A DNA stretch of 64,000 bases, from assembly GCA_026996295.1 (NCBI GenBank), contig JALWLL010000064.1, positions 14,097-78,096 on the forward strand. Reading direction: 5' to 3'. Source of the DNA: Sulfurimonas sp. (GTDB lineage Bacteria; Campylobacterota; Campylobacteria; Campylobacterales; Sulfurimonadaceae). How positions within the stretch are numbered: position 1 is the first letter of the stretch; each line of letters starts with the position of its first letter. Below, piece by piece: positions 1-9,398 of this stretch. Both the position numbers and the translations under genes were made by a program. The notes under the pieces were generated by a model. It saw only the letters and a program-made list of their open reading frames with translations, was not told the DNA's origin and searched no databases.

Positions 1-567
1 GCCATGGCTGTTCTTGGGCATCAGTTTTTTCATTTTCCTGCTATGTGGGGTATGATGTTTGGACTTGCAATTTTGAAACTTTACTCATATACTTTAAAAA
101 TAAAAGGACGCAATGCCTTTAATATCTTTATCAATATGGAAAAAGTTGAAAATGATACGCTTCTTTTCTTCTTTGGTATTCTCTCGGCAGTTGGCGCACT
201 TCATTATTTGGGCTTTTTAAACTATATTCACGATCTGTATGGAGCAGTTGGACCTACCGCGGCAAATATCGGAGTAGGTTTTCTTTCTGCTATCGTTGAT
301 AATGTTCCTGTCATGAGTGCTATTTTAAAATCATCTCCTGAGATGGATTTGGCGCAATGGATGCTTGTGACACTCACGGCAGGTGTAGGTGGTTCTCTTA
401 TTAGTTTTGGTTCTGCTGCAGGTGTCGGTGTTATGGGAAGACTCAAAGGGATTTATACTTTTGGATCACACCTCAAACTGGCATGGACCATTTTGATAGG
501 CTATATCGTTTCTGTCTGTGTTTGGTATGTACAGTTTGAAGTTCTAGGTCTTTATATCCAACATTAA
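1..567 (+). CDS. NhaD/ArsB-family Na+/H+ antiporter, C-terminal part (5' end lies outside the window)
   Basis: The open frame runs from base 1. The product is polytopic and hydrophobic, with SAIVDNVPVMSAILK and TLTAGVGGSLISFGSAAGV motifs typical of NhaD-type permeases. A hairpin at 581-603 follows the stop. Confidence 0.6.
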   Translation, partial: AMAVLGHQFFHFPAMWGMMFGLAILKLYSYTLKIKGRNAFNIFINMEKVENDTLLFFFGILSAVGALHYLGFLNYIHDLYGAVGPTAANIGVGFLSAIVDNVPVMSAILKSSPEMDLAQWMLVTLTAGVGGSLISFGSAAGVGVMGRLKGIYTFGSHLKLAWTILIGYIVSVCVWYVQFEVLGLYIQH

Positions 568-655
568 TTTAATTTATTGTATCCTTTCAAAACTTGAAAG
601 GGTATAACCCTCTTAACGCCTATTTGGCACTACAAACTTTTTTAAGGCATTTAAA

Positions 656-2206
656 ATGACAAATGTTAGCATTATAGTATTAGATTTTGGTTCTCAATAT
701 ACGCAACTTATAGCTCGTCGTCTTCGTGAAGATAAAATTTACTGTGAAATTCTTCCTTACCATACAAAAGTGCAGGAGATCGCGGCAAAAAACCCTAAAG
801 GTATCATCTTAAGCGGTGGTCCCTCTTCTGTTTATAGTAAAGATGCATATGAGGTTGATCAGGGTGTTTACTCTATGGGTATCCCTGTTCTTGGTATCTG
901 TTACGGTATGCAAAGAATTGCTGTTGATTTTGGCGGCAGTGTTATCAGAAGTGATCACCATGAGTATGGAAAAGCAGAGCTTACAATATGTAACTATCCG
1001 GATCATACATCGCCTCTTTTTAAAGATTGTGATGATGAGAGAATTGTGTGGATGAGCCACTCAGACAGAGTCGATCAGCTTCCTGAAGGTTTTGAACCTA
1101 TAGCAGTAAGTGACAACTCCCCTTATGCGGCGATAGCAAATGAGCAAAAACGTGTGTATGCTATGCAGTTTCATCCGGAAGTACAACACTCAGAAGAGGG
1201 TTATTTGATGCTTCGTAACTTTGCAAAAAATATTTGTGGTGTTACTGAGAAGTGGAAGATGGAACACTTCTTAAAAGAGCAGATCAAAAGTATCCGTGAA
1301 AAAGTGGGTGATGGAAAAGTTCTTTGTGGTTTAAGTGGCGGGGTTGACAGCTCAGTCGTTGCTGCGATGTTATATGAAGCGATCGGGGAGCAGCTTGTAC
1401 CTGTTTTTGTTGACAATGGACTTTTGCGTAAGGGTGAGCGTGAACAGGTTGAAGAGGTGTTTAAGATCAACTTAAAAGTGCCTTTGGTGGTAGTAGATGC
1501 CAGAGAGAGATTCCTCTCGCAACTGGCAGGGGTGGATGATCCTGAGAAAAAACGTAAGATTATCGGGCACACTTTTATAGAAGAGTTTGAAAAAGAGGCG
1601 AAAAAACATGATGGGATTAAGTTTTTAGCGCAGGGAACACTCTATCCCGATGTGATTGAATCTATCTCAGTAAACGGCCCTTCAGAAGTGATCAAGTCAC
1701 ACCACAATGTCGGTGGACTTCCTGATTGGATGGATTTTGAGCTTATAGAGCCTTTACGTGAACTTTTTAAAGATGAGGTGCGTAAAATCGGACTCGAGCT
1801 TGGACTTCCCGAATCTATGATCAACCGTCATCCGTTTCCAGGACCTGGCCTTGCGATCCGCATCATGGGTGATGTAAATCCGCATGATCTGGATATCTTA
1901 AGAGAAGCAGATGTGATTTTGCTTGATGAGCTTAAAGCAAGTGGGTACTATGCAAAAACATGGCAGGCATTTGCCGTGCTTCTGAATGTAAAATCGGTTG
2001 GTGTTATGGGTGACAACCGTACTTATGACAACACTGTTTGTGTTCGTGTGGTTGAAGCGGTCGATGGTATGACAGCAACGTTTGCACACCTGCCACATGA
2101 TCTGCTTGAGAGAATTTCAAGAAGAATTATCAACGAGGTTGACGGGATCAACAGAGTAGTGTATGATATATCAAGTAAGCCGCCTGCAACTATCGAATGG
2201 GAATAA
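656..2206 (+). CDS. guaA: GMP synthase (glutamine-hydrolysing)
   Basis: Full-length 516 aa. It has an N-terminal GATase domain (GICYGMQ, FHPE), an ATP-PPase P-loop (SGGVDSS) and the canonical C-terminus PPATIEWE. Confidence 0.97.
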   Translation: MTNVSIIVLDFGSQYTQLIARRLREDKIYCEILPYHTKVQEIAAKNPKGIILSGGPSSVYSKDAYEVDQGVYSMGIPVLGICYGMQRIAVDFGGSVIRSDHHEYGKAELTICNYPDHTSPLFKDCDDERIVWMSHSDRVDQLPEGFEPIAVSDNSPYAAIANEQKRVYAMQFHPEVQHSEEGYLMLRNFAKNICGVTEKWKMEHFLKEQIKSIREKVGDGKVLCGLSGGVDSSVVAAMLYEAIGEQLVPVFVDNGLLRKGEREQVEEVFKINLKVPLVVVDARERFLSQLAGVDDPEKKRKIIGHTFIEEFEKEAKKHDGIKFLAQGTLYPDVIESISVNGPSEVIKSHHNVGGLPDWMDFELIEPLRELFKDEVRKIGLELGLPESMINRHPFPGPGLAIRIMGDVNPHDLDILREADVILLDELKASGYYAKTWQAFAVLLNVKSVGVMGDNRTYDNTVCVRVVEAVDGMTATFAHLPHDLLERISRRIINEVDGINRVVYDISSKPPATIEWE

Positions 2207-2221
2207 GCGAAAGCTTCTCCC

Positions 2222-2857
2222 ATGAAAGCAAATATCTATCTTTTTTCTATCTCTTCACACCCGGATGCTCACAGTATAAACTCACTCTCTGTTACTTTTT
2301 TTAAACCTGAAATTGATTTTTCATACTATGACTATCTTATCATCACATCAAAGCAGACCAGCGAAGCACTCAAGCAGTATGAAACACACAAGTATGTAAA
2401 CAAAAAGGCTTTGTGTATCTCCAAGCAAAGCGCACTCTCATACCAGAAACTTGGAGGTGATGTTTTAGATATCGGCGGAGGTTACGGGGATAATCTTCTT
2501 TGTAAAATACAAGAGTTTTCAAAAGAGACACGATGGCTTTATCTAAGAGCTGAGGTGGTTGCTTCTGATTTTGTGTCATTAGCTCAAAAACAGGGCTATC
2601 ACATAGATGAAAAGGTACTGTATAGAAGTGAATGCTCCAAAGAGATACTGGAAGTTACAGTAGAGTCTGATGCCGTTTTGATCTTTACTTCACCATCGAG
2701 TTTGCGCTGTTTTTTACAAACGCACACTTTAACACACTCCCAAAAGATCATAGTGATCGGTAAAACAACTGCAAAAGCTTTGCCGGAAGGGTTTGAGTGC
2801 CATATATCTGCACAAACAACGATACAGAGCTGTATAGAGTTGGCAAAGAGTTTATGA
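2222..2857 (+). CDS. hemD: Uroporphyrinogen-III synthase-like protein (HEM4 family)
   Basis: 211 aa with the two-lobed HemD pattern: YDYLIITSKQTSEAL, AVLIFTSPSSLRCFL and IIVIGKTTAKAL. The assignment rests on motif resemblance only. Confidence 0.55.
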   Translation: MKANIYLFSISSHPDAHSINSLSVTFFKPEIDFSYYDYLIITSKQTSEALKQYETHKYVNKKALCISKQSALSYQKLGGDVLDIGGGYGDNLLCKIQEFSKETRWLYLRAEVVASDFVSLAQKQGYHIDEKVLYRSECSKEILEVTVESDAVLIFTSPSSLRCFLQTHTLTHSQKIIVIGKTTAKALPEGFECHISAQTTIQSCIELAKSL

Positions 2858-5568
2858 AAAAGTTTGTAGTTTTTTTTCTTTTTATATTTTTAGGCTTTTT
2901 TTATGGAGTCTATGCAGAGGAAAATCTCGATCCTGTTCTTTTTACAGGAACCTCCGTTGTTGCAAACGATAAACCCTACTATAAATATAAACAAAACAAT
3001 GTAGAGATCATCTACACCAAAGAGAACCTTCCTTTTGCCAAATATACAGCTTCCATAGAGGAGCCGCTCAACAAAGACTATGAAGATATTTTTTCATGGA
3101 AACTTGATTCTACCCTTTATGTAGGACTTATCTCCGATCATAATCAGATCGCAAACGGTTTTTCGACACAGTGGCCAAAAAACAATCAGATCAACTATAT
3201 AGGGGGAACTCAGTATATAGACTACTTCTGTTCAACTTCATGGCTTGATACTTTGTTGTACCATGAAACAGCACACAACTACCAGCTCAATATAAAAGCA
3301 AACCCTATCTCCCAAGCCTTGTATAAGGTTTTTGGAAACGGAACATTTATACTTCCTTTTCCCTACATCATAGTACCAAATGTAACAGAAAACCCTTTTA
3401 TGCTTGAGGGAAGTGCAGTTTTAAATGAGTCGTGGCACGGTAATGGAGGAAGACTTTATAGTGGACGCTTTAAAGCACAAACCATATTGCAGGCAAAAGC
3501 GGGCAAGATCAAAGCAGGTGATGTGTACAATGTAAAACTTGACTTTCCCTACGCTCAAAGAGCCTATATACAGGGTGGATTTTACAATCTTTATATGGCA
3601 GAGAGATATGGTCTTGAGAAAATTAACGGCTATTTTAAAGAGCACTCCTACGATATTCTATGGCCACAATTTACAAACGCCAGTATGCTCAGAAGCGTAG
3701 GTGTTGATTTTGAGAGCTCTTTAGAAGCGTTTGCAGATGAGTATGCAAAAAAAGCGCAAGATTTTGTAAGTGCTTCCGGAGAGCTTCTTGGCTCTTCGCA
3801 GTTTTTTTACTCCCTTGCAAGTGACAAGGATGAGATCTATTTCATAACAAATGAAACCGGTTACTCTACCCCTTCGTTGCTTGTATATACTAAAAATAGC
3901 GGCGAGATAAAGAGATACAAAAAAAGCTGGCTTGGCGGTAAAGTAGTGAAAGTGGATGGAGAATACTACACACAGGGAAGCAAGCATGTCTCAGCTACAA
4001 AGATATACCAAGGGCTCTTTGACAGCGATGCATATATAAAAGAGGGTACATCTTCTAAAATGGTGCAGGGTTATCTCTCAGATAACACGATGGTCTATTT
4101 TGATGTTGCATCATCATTTTTGCAGGCACAGTTATATGTCGGTGATGAGTTTTATACACAAAGTAACTCCTCGGTTCTTGTTAGAGACGAAGATATATAC
4201 TACTTTGTTCAAAAAGAAAAAACAAGAACCCTTTATAAAAACAAAACACCGCTTTACTCCTATGAAGGTTTTTACGGCATTGTCTGTGATGTTGACTCAA
4301 AAGGGGCTGTGTATTTTGTTGCCAATTCAAAAAACGGCTCGACACTTTACAGGTATGATGAAGGTAAAGTGAGCAGAGCCAGCTCTGCAGATAATGTTTT
4401 AGAAGCTAAGTTAGTGAATGATCATGAGGCAGTGCTTGCAGCTGTAAGTGATAAGGACTATTATTTTGTTCAAAGTAAGCTTGAGGATATAGAGCAAACT
4501 CCGTATGAAACAAAGTTGTTTTTTGAAAGTAAGCCCTACTATGGCACATACAAGCCTATGGATACTACAGATGTAGATCTCTCTAAGCCCTATAACGCAC
4601 TGCTTGATATGCACTACAGCGGAACAAACTTTTTGTTTGCATATACGGGGGATAATGTTCTTGGAAGGCTCGATATAAATTTTGCCGATTCTCTTTCTCA
4701 AAATGCTTTGACGCTCAATGTGTCACGTGATGAAAATAACGTGAGTGTTGCAGGGTTTACCTATGCAAATTCAAAATATCTGCTTGAGTATATTGTGAGT
4801 GCATACAAGGTTGTAGACAAGAGTAACTATGAAAATGTACGTGAAAGTGGTGTAAGCCTTGGAGCGGTATTGCCTTTTTACAAAAAAGGGTACAATTTAG
4901 CTACATTTGCTCTGAATTATTACCAAAGTTATGATGCTGCACTTCGAGAACCTTTGACTTTTGGTGTCAATATATCACATTCGGAAGTTTATGGTATAAG
5001 TATGTATTATAATTATCTGAATGCCGGAGCACTTTATGTTGCAAAAGACAGAGATGATCTCATCTATGGTGGGGAGTATGAGTTTAACCATGAGCTTGGC
5101 TTTGAATCCTACATAGGAATCTCTACAAAATATTCTACAACTGACAGCGATATGTCAGGTTTGCAAGCTGCACAAAAAAACAGAGGTGTTAAAATCACCA
5201 ACATATCTTATCAGTTGGATATCGATCCATCTACCATATATATCCCAAGTCTTACAACTTCATATTATGTAAAAAGTGCCGGATATATAGATGTTTCTTT
5301 TTCAAAAGTACTGAATTTTTCATCTTATTGGTTTACCTTTCCTCTCTCTTTGCAAAGAGAAGCTCTCTATCTCAAATACAGAACTTACAAAATAAGTGGT
5401 TTTTCCGGATATGAAGAAAACTTTAATGAGATAACAGCGGGTGTTACATTATCAACAATAATGTTAAATAAGTTTGTCGTTCCCGTTAGTTTTGAGTATA
5501 TTTACAACAATGCAAAGTTTATTGATGAGGAAAATAGTTTTAAATTCATTCTTGGTACAAAGTTTTAG
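2854..5568 (+). CDS. Predicted outer-membrane protein with an N-terminal HExxH (MA-clan peptidase-like) domain, a propeller-like middle and a C-terminal beta-barrel-like region
   Basis: The ATG at 2854 forms an ATGA overlap with the hemD stop and gives the signal peptide MKKFVVFFLFIFLGFFYGVYA. The track ORF start at 2797 would overlap hemD. HETAH plus a downstream FMLEGSAV resemble a zinc-peptidase site. The last residue is Phe (..ILGTKF), as in OMP barrels. Confidence 0.6.
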   Translation: MKKFVVFFLFIFLGFFYGVYAEENLDPVLFTGTSVVANDKPYYKYKQNNVEIIYTKENLPFAKYTASIEEPLNKDYEDIFSWKLDSTLYVGLISDHNQIANGFSTQWPKNNQINYIGGTQYIDYFCSTSWLDTLLYHETAHNYQLNIKANPISQALYKVFGNGTFILPFPYIIVPNVTENPFMLEGSAVLNESWHGNGGRLYSGRFKAQTILQAKAGKIKAGDVYNVKLDFPYAQRAYIQGGFYNLYMAERYGLEKINGYFKEHSYDILWPQFTNASMLRSVGVDFESSLEAFADEYAKKAQDFVSASGELLGSSQFFYSLASDKDEIYFITNETGYSTPSLLVYTKNSGEIKRYKKSWLGGKVVKVDGEYYTQGSKHVSATKIYQGLFDSDAYIKEGTSSKMVQGYLSDNTMVYFDVASSFLQAQLYVGDEFYTQSNSSVLVRDEDIYYFVQKEKTRTLYKNKTPLYSYEGFYGIVCDVDSKGAVYFVANSKNGSTLYRYDEGKVSRASSADNVLEAKLVNDHEAVLAAVSDKDYYFVQSKLEDIEQTPYETKLFFESKPYYGTYKPMDTTDVDLSKPYNALLDMHYSGTNFLFAYTGDNVLGRLDINFADSLSQNALTLNVSRDENNVSVAGFTYANSKYLLEYIVSAYKVVDKSNYENVRESGVSLGAVLPFYKKGYNLATFALNYYQSYDAALREPLTFGVNISHSEVYGISMYYNYLNAGALYVAKDRDDLIYGGEYEFNHELGFESYIGISTKYSTTDSDMSGLQAAQKNRGVKITNISYQLDIDPSTIYIPSLTTSYYVKSAGYIDVSFSKVLNFSSYWFTFPLSLQREALYLKYRTYKISGFSGYEENFNEITAGVTLSTIMLNKFVVPVSFEYIYNNAKFIDEENSFKFILGTKF

Positions 5569-5605
5569 TATAATATAATTATCACAAAATATGAGGTAAC
5601 AATAT

Positions 5606-6919
5606 ATGTTTTTTTCTTCACCTAAAAATGAATTGCAGAAAATAGATTCTCTTGAGGAGGAGTTAAAAGGTCTCAAGCAAGAGTTGGAATTTTACAAGCA
5701 AACATTTGGTTTCTCCCAAGATGAGATAATTCTTAGTGTTTCACAAGATGGCATCATTACCCATAAAAATGATATCGCACAACAGATTATACAAGATGAG
5801 GGATCGTTACTGCAAGAGTTGAGCAAAGGCACACAAGATATAGATATAAAAGGTTGCTCAGGTACTGTAAAATCAAAAAAACTCAGCAACGGTGCTACAC
5901 TTTATAGTATCATAAAGAGTGATATCAGACATGATAAAAACAGTAAAATAATGTCCAATCACCAAAAGTCGATCGCATTTGCACTTAAAGACTCCCAATC
6001 AACATACACCGATATGCTTGAGGAACTTGAAAAAATGAAAAATGAATCGATCATAATTGCAAACGATTCAAAAGATGGTCTCGAACTTATTTTAGAATCT
6101 TCTGTAAATATGGATCAGTTGAGCCAAAATATGCAAGAGACAAAAGATGCAGCAGAGTCACTTAGTGAAAGATCGGGTGAAATTTCTGATGTGGTTAACC
6201 TTATAGAAGATATCGCAGATCAGACAAATCTTTTAGCACTTAACGCTGCCATAGAAGCAGCTCGCGCAGGTGAACACGGACGCGGGTTTGCCGTAGTAGC
6301 CGATGAGGTGCGAAAACTTGCAGAAAATACACAAACTGCTACAAAAAATATAGCAGTGGTTGTGCGTGCTATGCAGCAAGAAAGCATATCTGCGCAAGAG
6401 AGTGTTGAAGCGACGAATACTATACTTCATGAAACAAAAGACAAGATAGAGATGCTTAAAAAGAAGATCGTATCTTTTGAAAAAAATGCTTCAAGAAGTG
6501 TCTATGAAGTTGAATATGTCAGTGACAAGATTTTTGCCAGTTTGGCAAAAATAGATCATGTGGTCTATAAAAACAATATGTTTGCTTTACTTTTTGGTGA
6601 AGAAAACGAATTTAAGCAAACAGATCACAATCATTGCAGACTCGGGTTATGGTATACTGAGGGTATCGGTAAAAAAGAATTTTCCGATACACAAGCCTAT
6701 AAAAAACTTGAAGCGCCTCATGCTGCTGTTCATAAAAACGCCAATAAACTCGCACAAGAATGTGCATCTAGTGAGGTGATGTGCTCAAAAGGGGAGATAG
6801 AAACAATGGTCGAGGATATCGAAAAAGCAAGCTTGGAAGTGTTTAAATATCTCGATGCAATGGTTGAAGAAAAAACACAAAAACAGATGGGCAAGGCCGT
6901 AAAAGATCTATTTAGTTAA
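5606..6919 (+). CDS. Soluble methyl-accepting chemotaxis protein with a C-terminal CZB (chemoreceptor zinc-binding) domain, TlpD-like
   Basis: A GAGG RBS precedes the start. No TM segment is present. The MCP signalling hairpin is [36 protein letters not shown]. The C-terminal motif is HNHCRLGLW...APHAAVH. Size and architecture match Helicobacter pylori TlpD. Confidence 0.85.
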   Translation: MFFSSPKNELQKIDSLEEELKGLKQELEFYKQTFGFSQDEIILSVSQDGIITHKNDIAQQIIQDEGSLLQELSKGTQDIDIKGCSGTVKSKKLSNGATLYSIIKSDIRHDKNSKIMSNHQKSIAFALKDSQSTYTDMLEELEKMKNESIIIANDSKDGLELILESSVNMDQLSQNMQETKDAAESLSERSGEISDVVNLIEDIADQTNLLALNAAIEAARAGEHGRGFAVVADEVRKLAENTQTATKNIAVVVRAMQQESISAQESVEATNTILHETKDKIEMLKKKIVSFEKNASRSVYEVEYVSDKIFASLAKIDHVVYKNNMFALLFGEENEFKQTDHNHCRLGLWYTEGIGKKEFSDTQAYKKLEAPHAAVHKNANKLAQECASSEVMCSKGEIETMVEDIEKASLEVFKYLDAMVEEKTQKQMGKAVKDLFS

Positions 6920-6930
6920 GGAGTGTTTAA

Positions 6931-7290
6931 ATGAAAAATATTGTAATAATTGATGATGAGGTGGAGATAGCTTTTATGATTGAGAAGTTCCTTTCAAAAA
7001 GTGGTAATTACCATGTCAAGACTTTTCATAATCCCCTTGTTGCTCTTGAGAGCATACAAGATGATGTTGATGTGGTGCTTTTAGATATCATGATGCCCCA
7101 GATGGGTGGTATGGAGGTACTGCAAAAGCTTAAAGAAAAATATCCCAAGATGCATATTATTATGATGACGGCATACTCAACGCTTGATAAAGTGCTCGAT
7201 TCTCACAGACATGGAGCTGTACATTATCTCATGAAGCCATTTAAATCCTTAGGTGAAATATCTGCAAAAATTGAAGAGATCACAACATAA
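6931..7290 (+). CDS. Single-domain response regulator (receiver only)
   Basis: An AGGAG RBS precedes the start. Receiver motifs are IIDDE, VLLDIMMPQMGG and MMTAYS, with a conserved Lys in LMKPF. There is no output domain. Confidence 0.9.
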   Translation: MKNIVIIDDEVEIAFMIEKFLSKSGNYHVKTFHNPLVALESIQDDVDVVLLDIMMPQMGGMEVLQKLKEKYPKMHIIMMTAYSTLDKVLDSHRHGAVHYLMKPFKSLGEISAKIEEITT

Positions 7291-7297
7291 AAATGGT

Positions 7298-9070
7298 ATG
7301 AGTAACTATAAAAGATATACTACTCTTGGAGCTTTTAGCATTCTTTTGTTTTTTTTCATATTTATGATTCAACAAAGAATGTACAACTCCAATGTTAAGA
7401 TGTTTTTAGAATTAGAAGTGTTGTTTGAGCAAAGTATTTATGATGCTTTAAGCCTAAAGCACGCTGAGCTCTCCTCTGATCTGGAACATATTTTAGAGAT
7501 AGAGCGTACAATATCAGGTGCGCAGTACTTTACATTTGATGCAAAAAAACAAACTCTTTCACATATAAAAGAGTTTTACAGTCTCTCTTTGGATGATTTG
7601 AAATATATCGAAGATAAAATAAAACAATCACACAATTTTTCTTACCCTCTTAAACTTGAGGAGGGGTGGTATGCAGTTACATTTATAAAAAATTTACAAC
7701 ATCCAGATACTTTCATCGTATCTTTTCGAAAGTCACAGGTTCTTGAAAATATCTATACAAACAGACTCAAACAGCTGTTTATACTTGTTTTGATTGTAGT
7801 CATACTGAGCTATATGCTTAACCTCTTACTCTTAAGAGCAAAAAAGCTAACTTCTGAAAAAAATAAAATTGCACTTGCTTTGCAGGAAACAAACCTATAC
7901 TTTGATAATGCAATGATAGGGTTTTTAGTGATAGATAAAAATAAAAAGATTATAAAGGCAAATCGATTCTTATGCAAAGAGTTTGGCTTTAGCAAAGAGG
8001 AGCTTATTGGTAAAACTACAGATATATTGCATATATCGCCTCTAAGCTATGCAAAATGGTGTGAACTCATTACAACAAAGCTCAAAGAGGGTTCTGTAGA
8101 ATATGTGAGATATAAAATGAAAAGAAAAAACGGTGAAGAGATTTATGTAGAAGCTTCCGGAGTACCTTTTGATAAAGAGAAAGATTTTTTGGAAGGCTCT
8201 ACGGTGTGGACGATGAAAGATATTACACAGCAGGTTGAAAATGAAAATATCATTAAAGAGCAAGAGGAGTATTTGCAGCAAAGAGTCGTGGAGGAGGTGC
8301 AAAAAAATATTGAACGCACAAAAGCATATGAAGAGGAGAAGCTAAGAGATGTCAAGTTCAGCGCTATTGGTAAGCTCTCAGCAGGTATCACCCATGAAAT
8401 CAATACACCTCTTACCTATATAAAGGGTAATTTAGAGATGATGAAGCTTGATATGCAGGATATTAGCGATGCATCTCTCAAACAAGAACTCACTGCAAGC
8501 TGTACGAATCTTCAAGAGGGTGTCAACAGAATCGCCACCATCATAAGCTCAATGCAGGAGATGGCACAACAGAGCAATGAAACAAAAGAGCCGGTAAATA
8601 TATACGATACTCTCGTTACGGCATTGATCTTGGCACATAACCGCTCCAAGCATATATGTAAGATATATTTAAACAATAAAGAGTTCACGCTCAATACTTC
8701 TAAAACAGAATTTGAGTGTATCTGCACCCTACAAAAACAGCGTATTGAACAGGTTTGGATCGTGATCATTAACAATGCTTTGGATGAGCTTCAAAAAAAA
8801 GGTACTTTTCAAGAGAGAAGATTGCGTATCGATTGTTTTGTAAAAGAGCAGTATGTTGTTGTAAAATTTAAAGATAATGGGGGCGGCATCGATGAAGAGA
8901 TACTTGCCCAAATTTTTGAACCCTTCGTTTCTACCAAAACTCACGGGGGGATGGGAGTTGGTTTGAGCATATCAAAAAAAATCCTCCAAGAGCAAGATGG
9001 CATTATAGAAGCCTATAATGAAGATGGCGGTGCCGTCTTTGAGGTAAAACTTCTCAAGTCTGCCATATAA
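7298..9070 (+). CDS. Membrane-bound PAS sensor histidine kinase
   Basis: I prefer the in-frame ATG at 7298 because the track start at 7253 overlaps the receiver gene. The protein has two TM segments and a PAS domain (FDNAMIGFLVIDKNKKIIKANRF..). The H-box is ITHEINTPLTYIKGNLEMM. The HATPase G-boxes are DNGGGI and GGMGVGLSISKKI. Confidence 0.88.
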   Translation: MSNYKRYTTLGAFSILLFFFIFMIQQRMYNSNVKMFLELEVLFEQSIYDALSLKHAELSSDLEHILEIERTISGAQYFTFDAKKQTLSHIKEFYSLSLDDLKYIEDKIKQSHNFSYPLKLEEGWYAVTFIKNLQHPDTFIVSFRKSQVLENIYTNRLKQLFILVLIVVILSYMLNLLLLRAKKLTSEKNKIALALQETNLYFDNAMIGFLVIDKNKKIIKANRFLCKEFGFSKEELIGKTTDILHISPLSYAKWCELITTKLKEGSVEYVRYKMKRKNGEEIYVEASGVPFDKEKDFLEGSTVWTMKDITQQVENENIIKEQEEYLQQRVVEEVQKNIERTKAYEEEKLRDVKFSAIGKLSAGITHEINTPLTYIKGNLEMMKLDMQDISDASLKQELTASCTNLQEGVNRIATIISSMQEMAQQSNETKEPVNIYDTLVTALILAHNRSKHICKIYLNNKEFTLNTSKTEFECICTLQKQRIEQVWIVIINNALDELQKKGTFQERRLRIDCFVKEQYVVVKFKDNGGGIDEEILAQIFEPFVSTKTHGGMGVGLSISKKILQEQDGIIEAYNEDGGAVFEVKLLKSAI

Positions 9071-9126
9071 ACGCTTTTTACTCTTTTCTAAAATTAAATC
9101 AAGTATCATTTTTGTATAATCTCTTT

Positions 9127-9328
9127 AATGGTCTGAGTAGTTCGATACACGCACAAATGAGGGTTCTACATTTTCACTTGGTGAACAAGTAGAGCTTTTG
9201 TGTGTCGGTGTTCTCGCTTGAGGTATGTTAACTCTGCCGATGAGAATGCCGCCGTTATAAAGTTCTCTCTTCACCCACATTAGGCTTTGAGAACCAAAGC
9301 TAAATGCTTGACGGCTACTTGGGCTATT
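9127..9328 (+). ncRNA. ssrS: Candidate 6S RNA (epsilonproteobacterial purD RNA motif)
   Basis: This is a 328-bp ORF-free gap immediately upstream of purD. A 16-bp closing helix can form between 9127-9142 (AATGGTCTGAGTAGTT) and 9313-9328 (GGCTACTTGGGCTATT), including G-U pairs. The helix encloses about 170 nt that is more GC-rich than the flanks and contains an internal hairpin (ACTTG..CAAGT, about 9175-9190). The ends are approximate. Confidence 0.55.
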
Positions 9329-9398
9329 TTCACATAAAATATTGGGCTAGCATATTTTGGTATCTTACCTCAATATTTTAAAACAATCTGGAGAAATA

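Noticed and set aside
2797-2853. Upstream extensions of track ORFs. This one applies to the OMP gene. The others are 7253 (kinase), 9357 (purD), 32969 (panB), 41324 (ftsH), 43296 (psd-like), 47833 (ABC ATPase), 52334 (ywbE), 60925 (rpsF) and 28377 (FIST kinase).
   Set aside because: In each case an internal ATG with a better RBS gives the canonical family N-terminus or signal peptide. It also removes an implausibly long overlap with the upstream gene. The extensions are artefacts of taking the longest ORF.
9071-9398. Alternative identities for the structured region upstream of purD: RNase P RNA, tmRNA, or a ZTP (pfl) or purine riboswitch.
   Set aside because: It is too short for RNase P or tmRNA, and I could not find the GGAAAGTCC-type RNase P core or a tRNA-like 3' end. 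It lacks the ZTP CCGCCTGGGC-type pseudoknot box and the purine-riboswitch three-way junction consensus. The 6S/purD-motif reading fits the length, closing stem and synteny better.
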